Source: Thraustochytrium aureum (Eukaryota). Taken from it: DNA of 64,000 nt. The position numbers were made by a program, and so were the translations under genes. Below the pieces are notes generated by a model. The model was given only the letters and a program-made list of their open reading frames with translations, was not told the origin of the DNA and did not search any database. Location: positions 116,437-180,436 of the forward strand of contig BLSG01000088.1 in assembly GCA_012862495.1 (NCBI GenBank), written 5' to 3'. Every line of letters starts with the position of its first letter. Position 1 is the stretch's first letter. Positions 47,613 to 58,681 of this stretch are shown here, in pieces.

Positions 47613-48570
47613 ATCGCTCCGCCCGCCCGCCGCGTAGAGCTAGCTAGAGGACTGTAGAATGATTTCAAGAACCAAAACGAAGACGTCTGGATCGCTCGCG
47701 ATCTTATTGCTCGCCTCGCGTTGACGCCGCCCCAGGCGCGCGCTGTTGTTGCGAATCGCGACGGTTGCGGCGCGGCTTTTGGGCTCGTCGTTTTTGTTTT
47801 GTTTTTTGTGTGAGTCCGATCACCCGAAACCAGTGGATTGGAAGTTCCACCCTCAAGCGCAAGTCTACAGCTCCACAAGCCGACAAGCCGCCGATAGCAA
47901 GGAGGATCCGACTTGCCGACCGGCACAACTTCAAGTTGGCCTACTACCCATGGCGTGTTCTTGCACTGGCACTGCGGTTGGTGCGCTTGCTCTTTCCAAA
48001 GAAGCCAAGAGGAGCAGCGAGTTTTGCGTCTCCTGTGGCAAGCAGCGACCTCCTGCTGCGAATTCTGTTCTGGTTGCGTGAGGCGGAGCAGAACAGTTTG
48101 CTACGACGCGTAGGTATCTCATCAAGCTGGAGCACTTCAAGTCCAGCATCATCAAGTCACCTTGGTGGTGTGCCACCCTGCACGCTCTGACGGGCACAAA
48201 AACGCTCATCCCCTGAGGATTTTGTACGAAAACAGATCGATCTCTGGCGTGGCGACGATCAACGCGCATTTGGCTTTTTGTGCCGCCGCTCGCACCGGGC
48301 AGATCAGCCTCCGTGTTCTCCTCGCACATACGCCAAGGTGGGTACAATACGCGAGCAAAGACCACAAATTTCTGTTCTGAAGAATCAATCACCTGCCGCC
48401 GTTCACACCTTGCGTGCTCTCGCCGATCAGATCAATGCTCATTTGCATGGGCACATTTGCATGGGTGCATCTACTCATATCGTCCAACGACGCAGCAGAC
48501 CCGCAACGCGGCCCGCCATCAAGCACCCGCAATCACAGACCGGGCTGGTGAACACGCGCTGCGAAGAACG

Positions 48571-49721
48571 ATGGAGACGTCCAAGGTGACCAGCATCGAA
48601 GCCGGCCCCGCCGAAGTCGGCGAGCACGTGCCATACGTGACCCATGACGACTACACCGAAATCCGGCCGCGAAGCGTGATCCTTGGCGCTGTCCTTTCGG
48701 TCGTGCTCGGCGCCGCCAACGTATACCTGGGGCTCCTGGTCGGTCTCACAATTTCCGCGAGCATCCCTGCAAGCGTCATGTCCATGGCCATCCTCCGATG
48801 CTTCAAGGACACCAACATCCTCGAGTCCAATATTGTCCAAACTGCAGCGAGCGCTGGCGAAGCCTTGGCCGCTGGTGTGATCTTCACAATCCCTGGGCTG
48901 GTGATTCTTCAGAGGAAGAGCGACGCAAACGAGGCCGGGTTTGAGGGCGTGGTGGGTTGGGACACGTTCCTGGGATCCAACTACATTTAGTGACCGCGCT
49001 GGCGCTGTTTGGCGGTCTCTTGGGCATTCTGTTCTCAATTCCGATCCGGCGAGCGCTTATCCTCGAGATCAAGCCTCCGCTGAGGTTCCCGGAGGGCGTG
49101 GCCACCGCCCAGGTGCTGCGGGCTGGCGAGGCAGGAGGCGCGGTGGTCTGGGCCGTCGCCGCCGGCGCCGTCCTGGGGTCCGCCACCAAGATCTCGGACA
49201 CAATCCGTCTCTACAACCCTGTCAGCGGGTTTGGCTGGCTGTACGCAGGCAAGTACCCGAGCTACTTTGGCGTCAACTTCTCCTCGGCGCTACTCGCCGT
49301 GGGCTACATTGTGGGCCCGCAAGTCGGGACCGTGCTTCTTCTCGGCGCCCTTACGCAGTACTTTATCGCCATGCCCATCTCTGCGTACGTCACAACGACT
49401 ACACGGGCGAATTCTCTGCGGCTGCAGTGCCCAGCGCCGAGTTCGGCCGCACGCGCTACGTTGGCGTGGGCCTCATGGTCGTGGGGGGCATTTGGGCCCT
49501 CATCAGCGTGCGCCATGCCCTGGTGCAGGCCATCAAGTTCGGTCTGCAGACGTTTCGCAGCGCCGTGGCGGACGCCGGCGACGCCGTCGTGCCCCGCTAC
49601 GAGCAGGACCTGTCGTTCAAGACGATCCTCGGCGGCATCGGTGTGTCTACGGTCGCGCTCTACGCCATCCTTGGGGCATTTAGCTCGGCGTGGGGCAAGG
49701 TCATCCCCTTGGTCCTGCTTG
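48571..49721 (+). CDS. OPT/YSL-family oligopeptide or metal-chelate transporter (frameshifts ~48985 and ~49395; 3' end in gap)
   Basis: EIRPRSVILG...AANVYLGL.VGLTISASIPA...ESNIVQTAASAGE.LAAGVIFTIPG, LRFPEG.ATA.VL, SALLAVGYIVG, RYVGVG.MVVGGIWAL. Confidence 0.9.
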
Positions 49722-50615
49722 NNNNNNNNNNNNNNNNNNNNNNNNNNNNNNNNNNNNNNNNNNNNNNNNNNNNNNNNNNNNNNNNNNNNNNNNNNNNNNN
49801 NNNNNNNNNNNNNNNNNNNNNNNNNNNNNNNNNNNNNNNNNNNNNNNNNNNNNNNNNNNNNNNNNNNNNNNNNNNNNNNNNNNNNNNNNNNNNNNNNNNN
49901 NNNNNNNNNNNNNNNNNNNNNNNNNNNNNNNNNNNNNNNNNNNNNNNNNNNNNNNNNNNNNNNNNNNNNNNNNNNNNNNNNNNNNNNNNNNNNNNNNNNN
50001 NNNNNNNNNNNNNNNNNNNNNNNNNNNNNNNNNNNNNNNNNNNNNNNNNNNNNNNNNNNNNNNNNNNNNNNNNNNNNNNNNNNNNNNNNNNNNNNNNNNN
50101 NNNNNNNNNNNNNNNNNNNNNNNNNNNNNNNNNNNNNNNNNNNNNNNNNNNNNNNNNNNNNNNNNNNNNNNNNNNNNNNNNNNNNNNNNNNNNNNNNNNN
50201 NNNNNNNNNNNNNNNNNNNNNNNNNNNNNNNNNNNNNNNNNNNNNNNNNNNNNNNNNNNNNNNNNNNNNNNNNNNNNNNNNNNNNNNNNNNNNNNNNNNN
50301 NNNNNNNNNNNNNNNNNNNNNNNNNNNNNNNNNNNNNNNNNNNNNNNNNNNNNNNNNNNNNNNNNNNNNNNNNNNNNNNNNNNNNNNNNNNNNNNNNNNN
50401 NNNNNNNNNNNNNNNNNNNNNNNNNNNNNNNNNNNNNNNNNNNNNNNNNNNNNNNNNNNNNNNNNNNNNNNNNNNNNNNNNNNNNNNNNNNNNNNNNNNN
50501 NNNNNNNNNNNNNNNNNNNNNNNNNNNNNNNNNNNNNNNNNNNNNNNNNNNNNNNNNNNNNNNNNNNNNNNNNNNNNNNNNNNNNNNAAATAAAAAAAGT
50601 CGATCGGCGCACAGG

Positions 50616-51467
50616 CTACGACATGGTCGACTGAGGCTCCTTGAGCTTTGAGCTTCGAAGCAGCTCGCGCGGGATAGGAGCCGGCTCGCCCTCGCCTTCG
50701 GAGTCGGGGCCTTTCGCCGCACCCGAGCGCAGGATGTCAACAGCGTGGGCGATGGCGTAGTTGGCCACACTCTGCTTGGTGTAGTAGAGGCTGTTGAAGA
50801 GCGCCATGGCGCCGATCACGAGACCAACGGGCAGAGGCACCGTGGTGCGCCCATAGGAGAACGCCATCCAGAGCGTGAATGCCACTACGACGATGCCGGG
50901 CCCGCGCAGGTAAACGTTGAGCGCCGCGCAAAGCCGCTTTTGCACCATCACCGGCACCATTTGGTGCTTGGCCAGCACCAACATCAAGTAATCGATCCCG
51001 CCGGGGAGGCCAGAGATGAAGAACGCCAAGCTGCCCTGCAGCGCGCCCCATTTGAAGTACTGGCCCATGAGCCCAATCGTCGGAATGAACATAAAGTGGT
51101 GAAAGCGCTCGTCCGCCGTGAGCGGAAACGTGAGGTGGTACGCATGGATAGTGTTGGTGATGATCACCGGCCAGGGCGAGGCTGTCCCGAACAGCGACTC
51201 GTCATTGTAAACGCGCGAGTCGGCGCACTGCACGGGGTCGCCCAGACAAGTCACCAAGGAACGGGCAGCCGTCAGAACGACGAGCAGGTTGCCAAACGCG
51301 TGGAGCGCAAACCACCGCGCGCGAGTCTCCTTGGCCACAAAGTGATCAAACACGCTCAGAACGACCCCGACCAACAGGTTGCCGAACAGCGACGCGGGAA
51401 ACTCGCTCAAGCTGCCGGACCCTTGCGGTGCCACCGTCCGAATAAGGTTGGCCGCCGCCTCGCTCAT
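50616..51467 (-). CDS. TLC (TRAM/LAG1/CLN8)-like multi-pass membrane protein
   Basis: RWFALHA.GN, H.YH, FHH.MF, FFISGLPGGIDY.ML.L.K, N.YLR.PG; about 6 TM segments. First ATG at 51467. Confidence 0.7.
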   Translation of the reverse strand: MSEAAANLIRTVAPQGSGSLSEFPASLFGNLLVGVVLSVFDHFVAKETRARWFALHAFGNLLVVLTAARSLVTCLGDPVQCADSRVYNDESLFGTASPWPVIITNTIHAYHLTFPLTADERFHHFMFIPTIGLMGQYFKWGALQGSLAFFISGLPGGIDYLMLVLAKHQMVPVMVQKRLCAALNVYLRGPGIVVVAFTLWMAFSYGRTTVPLPVGLVIGAMALFNSLYYTKQSVANYAIAHAVDILRSGAAKGPDSEGEGEPAPIPRELLRSSKLKEPQSTMS

Positions 51468-52044
51468 TTCCCCAAGCCTGGCCGCTCCACACGAGCCTCC
51501 AACAAGCCCGGCGCCAACAACAACGTGCAGCGCACAGCCTGCCTGCAGTATTTTCAACGCGTCCCGAACCTCGATGCGCAACTGCTCGGTCGATAATCGG
51601 CCGAAAATCAATCTCTCGAGCTCAAAAACACATTCTTGCTTGCGACTTTCGAGGCAAAGTGTCCTCGGTTAACACTCTGTGCGTTTCCGCTTAACCGGCG
51701 CGAGTTTCGCGAGCAGAATCCATCGCAGAGTCGTCTCTCCGCCATGTGCGTACCGCGCTCACTAGCCCCCTGCGCCCGCGCGAAAGGTGGGCGGAATGCC
51801 GGCGATGCGGCAGCTGGCGAGTCTGCGGGCCTGGGCCAGAGCTGGGCCTGGTGAAATGGCCACGAGCAGCGGATGAAAGGCCCGCTCGCCCCGCTATCTT
51901 CCGTCCATCGATGCTCACGACGGCCGAGGGGTTCTTGACGACGGGCAGGATGGATGGGATCGCGTGGGATGGCTCGAGCCCAGGTCTTTCTCTGACAGTG
52001 TGCCGCATCATGCTCGATTTCCCATCTCTTTTCGTTCCACCGTC

Positions 52045-52160
52045 GCGCAACGCTGCGCGGACATCCTCGTCGTCGCCGCGCAACGCTGCGCGAACATCCG
52101 TGTCGCCGCGGCGCAACGCTGCGCGAACATCCTCGTCATCGCGGCGCAACGCTGCGCGAA
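52045..52160 (+). repeat. 33-bp tandem repeat, ~3.5 copies (minus strand encodes DVRAALRxxDx)
   Basis: gcgcaacgctgcgcg at 52045, 52078, 52111 and 52144. Confidence 0.9.
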
Positions 52161-52179
52161 GTTGGTTGCGCGGGAGTGC

Positions 52180-53004
52180 TCATAAAGCGACGAGCTCGAC
52201 GACCTGGACGGTGACGAGCAGACCGACGTCGGCTGGAAGGTCGCTGGCGCGCTGCCAAGCCGAGCAAGCTCCGCCAAGGGCGCCTGCGGCAGAAAGCACT
52301 GCGCAGCAGGTCTCGCCCTCGTGCATTCCGTCGATGATGCCGTCCAAGCCAGGTAGCAAGCGGCCCGCCCCAACGACCACGCGCACCGGCCTCGCCCCGT
52401 GGCTCGCGGCGCTCGACTGGACAAGCCGCCTGTTCAAAAAGGCGACCTCAAAGTGCACCAGCGCCTTGCAGCCAGCACGGACCACGCGCGACAAGTCGGC
52501 GCCCTCAGCCTTGTTGCTCGTGATGCGCGCCCCGCTGCCCTTCGGAGCCTTGCCAGCGAGCTTTTTCAGTCTCTTGCAGGCGCTCTTGTGCACGCCCCAG
52601 TCTTCTTTCAGGTGCTCTGGGGAGCAATAAAACACGCCTCGGCAGGCGCTGCAGCAAAACCGCCCATGCTCGCCGCAGACCGGGCAGGACAGCCGAATCC
52701 TTTCGAGCTCGGACACCTCGGGCTCTGCCGCTTTTCCGTCGCCGCCCTGCACTTCCGGCTCTACTTGAGCGCTTTCAGCAGCCTCGCGTTTTTTCGCGTC
52801 CTGGTTTCCGCGTGGCCCATCGCCTTGCGCGGCATGACTGGGCTCGTGATCCGTGGCGTCCACTCTCGCGGCCTCCGCGTCGTCCTGCGACGCGCGCGCT
52901 GCGTCCGTGCTCCGTGCGAGTCCATCCAAAGGAGCACCACGCTCGTCAACAGCCTGTTGCGCATCCGTGACCGTCTCCCGTGCGCCAGCACGGGAATCAT
53001 CCAT
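52180..53004 (-). CDS. MYND zinc finger + degenerate FKBP-type PPIase-like domain protein
   Basis: CPVC..CSAC.GVFYCSPEHLKEDW.VHK.AC (MYND). Then G.KALVHF...VQSS...PVRVVVGAGRLLPGLDGIIDGMHEGE...LP....LLVTVQVVEL (FKBP pattern). Confidence 0.75.
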   Translation of the reverse strand: MDDSRAGARETVTDAQQAVDERGAPLDGLARSTDAARASQDDAEAARVDATDHEPSHAAQGDGPRGNQDAKKREAAESAQVEPEVQGGDGKAAEPEVSELERIRLSCPVCGEHGRFCCSACRGVFYCSPEHLKEDWGVHKSACKRLKKLAGKAPKGSGARITSNKAEGADLSRVVRAGCKALVHFEVAFLNRRLVQSSAASHGARPVRVVVGAGRLLPGLDGIIDGMHEGETCCAVLSAAGALGGACSAWQRASDLPADVGLLVTVQVVELVAL

Positions 53005-54032
53005 CTAGCTCGAGCCACTTCCTTCGTGTCAAACCCGCGAAGCCGCCTGCCCCGCGCCGACTGGCTGCAGCAGCAGTGCCTCTGGTGTTTCCACTGTCAT
53101 CCAAAGCGCTGGCTGGCTCTGGCTCAGCCTGGCTCAGCCTGGCTNNNNNNNNNNNNNNNNNNNNNNNNNNNNNNNNNNNNNNNNNNNNNNNNNNNNNNNN
53201 NNNNNNNNNNNNNNNNNNNNNNNNNNNNNNNNNNNNNNNNNNNNNNNNNNNNNNNNNNNNNNNNNNNNNNNNNNNNNNNNNNNNNNNNNNNNNNNNNNNN
53301 NNNNNNNNNNNNNNNNNNNNNNNNNNNNNNNNNNNNNNNNNNNNNNNNNNNNNNNNNNNNNNNNNNNNNNNNNNNNNNNNNNNNNNNNNNNNNNNNNNNN
53401 NNNNNNNNNNNNNNNNNNNNNNNNNNNNNNNNNNNNNNNNNNNNNNNNNNNNNNNNNNNNNNNNNNNNNNNNNNNNNNNNNNNNNNNNNNNNNNNNNNNN
53501 NNNNNNNNNNNNNNNNNNNNNNNNNNNNNNNNNNNNNNNNNNNNNNNNNNNNNNNNNNNNNNNNNNNNNNNNNNNNNNNNNNNNNNNNNNNNNNNNNNNN
53601 NNNNNNNNNNNNNNNNNNNNNNNNNNNNNNNNNNNNNNNNNNNNNNNNNNNNNNNNNNNNNNNNNNNNNNNNNNNNNNNNNNNNNNNNNNNNNNNNNNNN
53701 NNNNNNNNNNNNNNNNNNNNNNNNNNNNNNNNNNNNNNNNNNNNNNNNNNNNNNNNNNNNNNNNNNNNNNNNNNNNNNNNNNNNNNNNNNNNNNNNNNNN
53801 NNNNNNNNNNNNNNNNNNNNNNNNNNNNNNNNNNNNNNNNNNNNNNNNNNNNNNNNNNNNNNNNNNNNNNNNNNNNNNNNNNNNNNNNNNNNNNNNNNNN
53901 NNNNNNNNNNNNNNNNNNNNNNNNNNNNNNNNNNNNNNNNNNNNNNNAGAGCGCTGGCTGGCGCGCGGCGCTGGCCACGCGAGGAAGGCAGCCCGCTGCG
54001 GCCGGCCGGAGCGGCCGAGGCTCGACGAGGTG

Positions 54033-54956
54033 ATGCTGAACGAGGCGCTGCTTGGCGCAGGGGGTGGGGCGGCAGCCGGCGAAGCCGCTTTGAGCGCTGA
54101 CGAGCTGTTCAAGGCTGTGTGTCGGGTGTTCTTCTACAAGGACGAAGCGCGGTATGCGAGGGAGCTCGCCCCGGTGGCTGGCGCGCCGTCAGTCCGCGAC
54201 GCCACGGCCGTTCTTGACGTAATCGAGCGCGCCAAGGTTGGGCCGGTAGGTCGCGCAGGTCTAGCTCCCGAGGTCGAGTTGATTCTTCAACGACTCGGCG
54301 TGGCGCGGTCCAGCGATGCCTCGGATTGGACCATCGACGAGAGCCTCGCGAGCTCGCTGCAAAGGGCCAAGGACAAGCACCGCGTGGAGTTCCACCGCGA
54401 GATAGCCAACCTCCGGTATTCTGCGTTCTCGCGCGCCCTGGGCGAAACGTGGAGCCACGCCCCTGGCGCGCTTGCGCGCGATCCCGAAGGAGGAGGCACC
54501 GCCGCCATTGCAGAGGAGGGCTTGGCCGAAACGCCCGCAGAGGCCAGCTCGCAGCGTGACGCGCTCGACCAGTTCTTGCGCAAATGGGAGCGCTTCGACA
54601 TGGCCCGGCCAGTGATTAGCGGCCTGCACGCGGCCCTTGTTGCTCAGATCGGCGCCGGGCCAGAGCAGGTCATCGTCTGGACCCTCGACGACGCAGCGCT
54701 CGTGGAGCGCGGGCACGAGCTGGCCGAGTCGGCGGCCAAGCTCATGCTGGTCGACCTGCGGTTCGCGCTCCTCAGCTACGACCCGCAAGCCACGGAGGTT
54801 TCGCGAGAGTGGGTAGTGGGCACCCAACTCTCGGACCGGCGGCTGGCGGCGCCTGGTGGCCCTTTTCCCCTCGTTTGTGCGCGCATCGCCGTCCCCAATG
54901 TCTGGGACTGTCGGGTTTGCGCCCGTGGAGGCTGGGCTACGGCGCAGCAACGTTGA
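54033..54956 (+). CDS. hypothetical protein (possible frameshift near 54850)
   Basis: About 300-aa open frame with natural helical protein composition from ATG 54033; no family recognised. Confidence 0.55.
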   Translation: MLNEALLGAGGGAAAGEAALSADELFKAVCRVFFYKDEARYARELAPVAGAPSVRDATAVLDVIERAKVGPVGRAGLAPEVELILQRLGVARSSDASDWTIDESLASSLQRAKDKHRVEFHREIANLRYSAFSRALGETWSHAPGALARDPEGGGTAAIAEEGLAETPAEASSQRDALDQFLRKWERFDMARPVISGLHAALVAQIGAGPEQVIVWTLDDAALVERGHELAESAAKLMLVDLRFALLSYDPQATEVSREWVVGTQLSDRRLAAPGGPFPLVCARIAVPNVWDCRVCARGGWATAQQR

Positions 54957-56142
54957 CGGGGCGGCTGACGCGGCGTGTCCGCAGGACTCGTTGTTTTACC
55001 CGCTGCTTTCGCGCTGTGACATTTTGTGAGTAGCCGACGGCGCGGCCAACAGAGCGTCGAGGAGCAGCTGCCCGGCCCAGAAGAGAGCAACTGGCGATCG
55101 CGCGAGCGAGCGGATGAGTAGGTAGACAGAACAATAGCAACTTGTTAGCGAGCGAGCGGACGCGGAACGCCCCCGCGCCGCGGCGCGCCCTTCTTAGACG
55201 GAGGCGCACGGCCAACGCCGAGACGCGCAAGNNNNNNNNNNNNNNNNNNNNNNNNNNNNNNNNNNNNNNNNNNNNNNNNNNNNNNNNNNNNNNNNNNNNN
55301 NNNNNNNNNNNNNNNNNNNNNNNNNNNNNNNNNNNNNNNNNNNNNNNNNNNNNNNNNNNNNNNNNNNNNNNNNNNNNNNNNNNNNNNNNNNNNNNNNNNN
55401 NNNNNNNNNNNNNNNNNNNNNNNNNNNNNNNNNNNNNNNNNNNNNNNNNNNNNNNNNNNNNNNNNNNNNNNNNNNNNNNNNNNNNNNNNNNNNNNNNNNN
55501 NNNNNNNNNNNNNNNNNNNNNNNNNNNNNNNNNNNNNNNNNNNNNNNNNNNNNNNNNNNNNNNNNNNNNNNNNNNNNNNNNNNNNNNNNNNNNNNNNNNN
55601 NNNNNNNNNNNNNNNNNNNNNNNNNNNNNNNNNNNNNNNNNNNNNNNNNNNNNNNNNNNNNNNNNNNNNNNNNNNNNNNNNNNNNNNNNNNNNNNNNNNN
55701 NNNNNNNNNNNNNNNNNNNNNNNNNNNNNNNNNNNNNNNNNNNNNNNNNNNNNNNNNNNNNNNNNNNNNNNNNNNNNNNNNNNNNNNNNNNNNNNNNNNN
55801 NNNNNNNNNNNNNNNNNNNNNNNNNNNNNNNNNNNNNNNNNNNNNNNNNNNNNNNNNNNNNNNNNNNNNNNNNNNNNNNNNNNNNNNNNNNNNNNNGGTG
55901 TGCCAGGCGCTCGCCTGCCGCGCCAGGTGCATTCCTAGCTTGCTGCCGGCTTGGCAAGAAGCCCAATCGGGCCCGGTCGCGTGGGGCGCGCCCGGCTCGA
56001 CGAACGAGAACGAGAACGAGAAGAAACCCAAGGGTATGTACCGGTAAATACTTGCTCGTTGTTATTCAGGCAGTGCCGCGCGAGCCGCAGATGACTCGCG
56101 CGGATAAGTAGATAATTAAAAAAGGGGCACCCATAGACCCCG

Positions 56143-57231
56143 CTACATGACAATCTCCTCCTCGTTGTCCGCCACAGCTGACCGCGCGGACGGCGCCACG
56201 CGCCGACCGCTCTCGAGCCCACAACCGAAAGCTGCCTCGGCGGCGGCAGCTGGCGCCGCCACCTCCTCGTCGTCCTCGTCCGTGGAAGGACCAGCGTGCG
56301 CAAGCAGTGCGCCGCCCACCACGTTCAAAAGCGCGACCATCAGAGACACGCTCCGAATGCCGCCCGCGGCCTGCGCCGCGGCGGCCGAGCCAGAGGCCTG
56401 CGCGCCAGAGCACAGCAGCAACGATCCCCCCACCACGCCGGCAAGGCAGAGACGGTTCAGAACCTTGCCCTTGCTCATCCCGAGCGTCGCGGAAATGGCA
56501 TCGATCATGTACGACTGAGCAATGCTCAGCTCGTCAGACGCCTCGCGCTTGGAGACTTGTTCGCTGAGCTCGGGCGAGTCGAACGTGATCATCTCGTGGC
56601 CCTTCTCGACCAAGAGGCGTGCAGCCCTCGAAGCCGCTTCCACGCGATCGTCAACGACGCCAACGCCGCAGAGCTCGCCGGTTTCATCGTTCTCGTCGTC
56701 CTCCGCATCCTGGGCGGAGGGCTCTTCCTCGGCCACGCCCTCGAGCGTGTCGGTAGGCTGTTCGCGAGCGCCCTGCCCGAGAGGCACAGGCTGCTCGGAG
56801 CTCGGCCGCCGCGCTGTGAGCCGCGGCGAGTTGCGGTCCGACAGCGACGACGAACGGGATTGATGCTGCTCGCCCGTTGAGGCGCTCATCGACGTCTCGC
56901 TCGAGCTCCAGCTCAGCGCTTTCGTGCGCGCTTCGTTGCCCTCGGTGCAGGACTCGGGCTCATCGCAGTGATCCCCGCCGTTCGTGCGGTCGGCATTTTG
57001 GCTGTACACGCTGGCCGACTCGTCGTCACTATATTCACTCTCCTCCTCGTTCCCGTCCAGCGGCGTGAAGAAATCCCAGTCCCTGGGCTCCACGTCCTCC
57101 TCGAACTCATCTTCCCCAGGCGCCTTGTACAACGGGCTGTGCACAACCTTACTCCTCGCCTTGGGCAGAAGTGCCATCAAGTCCCCCACCCTTCGCCGCG
57201 CCTCCTCCTCTTGAAACGCGTGTCCGTCCAT
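56143..57231 (-). CDS. hypothetical acidic/disordered protein with two C-terminal hydrophobic segments
   Basis: Open frame from ATG 57231; E/D/S-rich middle; LCLAGVVGGSLLL and LMVALLNVVGGALLA near the C-terminus. Confidence 0.6.
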   Translation of the reverse strand: MDGHAFQEEEARRRVGDLMALLPKARSKVVHSPLYKAPGEDEFEEDVEPRDWDFFTPLDGNEEESEYSDDESASVYSQNADRTNGGDHCDEPESCTEGNEARTKALSWSSSETSMSASTGEQHQSRSSSLSDRNSPRLTARRPSSEQPVPLGQGAREQPTDTLEGVAEEEPSAQDAEDDENDETGELCGVGVVDDRVEAASRAARLLVEKGHEMITFDSPELSEQVSKREASDELSIAQSYMIDAISATLGMSKGKVLNRLCLAGVVGGSLLLCSGAQASGSAAAAQAAGGIRSVSLMVALLNVVGGALLAHAGPSTDEDDEEVAAPAAAAEAAFGCGLESGRRVAPSARSAVADNEEEIVM

Positions 57232-58647
57232 CTCGGACGGCTCGCGGGCCCGCGGCGAGCAGCCCAGCCCCGCCCGATCAATGCCGCGGCGGACCTCCAG
57301 CACAGCGGCCAGCGCAGCGACCAGAATCGCCTCACAACGCGCGACCAGCCTTAGCTAGGCAAACCGCGCACGGGCGCTTCGTGCGCACGGACGCGTCGCC
57401 TTTCTGCCGGCCTGCCTGGCTGGACTTGGTGTCCTGGCACACTCGACAGCGTCCAGGCCGACCTGCGTGTCCTCGTAGTCCAGGCTGCACCGGCCGTCCT
57501 GGCTCTGCCGCGTCAGTGCCAACACCGTTGCGCCGATGCACCTGAGCGCGTCGCGGCGATCCTCTGCCGCCAGGCAGCAGCGTCTCCAACAGTCAGGCAG
57601 GCAGGCCTCGTGCGCGTCCAGGCCGGCCGTCCCTGCACGCCACACGACTCGCGGCACGCGTGCCTCGGGTGTCCTGGCCGCAACCGCAGTTCGCTCCACG
57701 GGATGCAGCTCTGCTCTCCTGTCTCGGCTCTGGGCTCTGGACGCACGCGTGGCTGCTCGCTCGCTCTCCATCAAGCTACCTACCCACTTGCTCGCTCGCT
57801 GCCTTGTCCGCTGCGGTCGAAAACGACCAGGTGAAACCCATTTCCTCACTCCCTCACTCCCTTCCGGCTCACCTCCCACAGCGAGGAACGTTCGCTTGTT
57901 CCGCGTGACGCTCGATCGGCGCCGGGAGGGTTCGCTCAAGAGCGGCGCGGTGCTCTCATGGAAACGCGTGGCTTTGGCGGAGGTTTTCTCCGGTTGTTCT
58001 GAGGGGAGACCGCGAGTGCCTCTGAGGGTTTGGCAGAGGGGGCCGCTCGAAATGGGAGAAATGGGAACGCGCTCTCAGGTTGTTGTGAGGGGGAGGGACG
58101 TTTGGAAGGGCGCCTCACAGGATTGCCGGCGCGTCATGCAGGGAGGCTCCCTCAGCGCGCTGTACCTCACACAGGCGGCAGCAGGGAGGCTGTGAGGGGG
58201 CGAGGGGAGTTCGTCCCGCTGTGAGGGGGTCGAGCGGTAAGCTTTTCAAGAGCGGGTCATTCCGACGATGCTCCTCCTCCGCGAGGATGTGAGGGGACCG
58301 CGAGTCCGGCCCTGGCGTGGAGGTCGGTCAACTTCCTGACGCGAGCGGCTCTCGTCACAGAGGACCCCGTGTGATGCGGGAGGTGCGTCGCAGGGAGGCC
58401 CTCGTTCGCGGGCGCGGGGGTGAAATGGCTTTCACCGTGCGCGGCGCAGAACGCGACCGGACAAGTGCGAGACAACCGCCAGGATGTCGCCGCGCTGCTC
58501 TGCGACGCGGGCACCGCGCCTGCGGGGAAAAGGCGCCCGGGTAGACGTTCGCTCTATTATCGCGGCGGGGGCGCGGAGCTGGGCGGCCGGGGCCCCCCCG
58601 TAGTAACTCGCGATTCGTCGCCTTTTCCCTAGTTGCTCCGAGCATGC

Positions 58648-58681
58648 ATAAAGTGCGGTATAAAGTGCGGTATAAAGTGCG
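58648..58681 (+). repeat. 12-bp tandem repeat (ATAAAGTGCGGT) x3
   Basis: Read directly; about 300 nt upstream of the coiled-coil gene. Confidence 0.9.
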
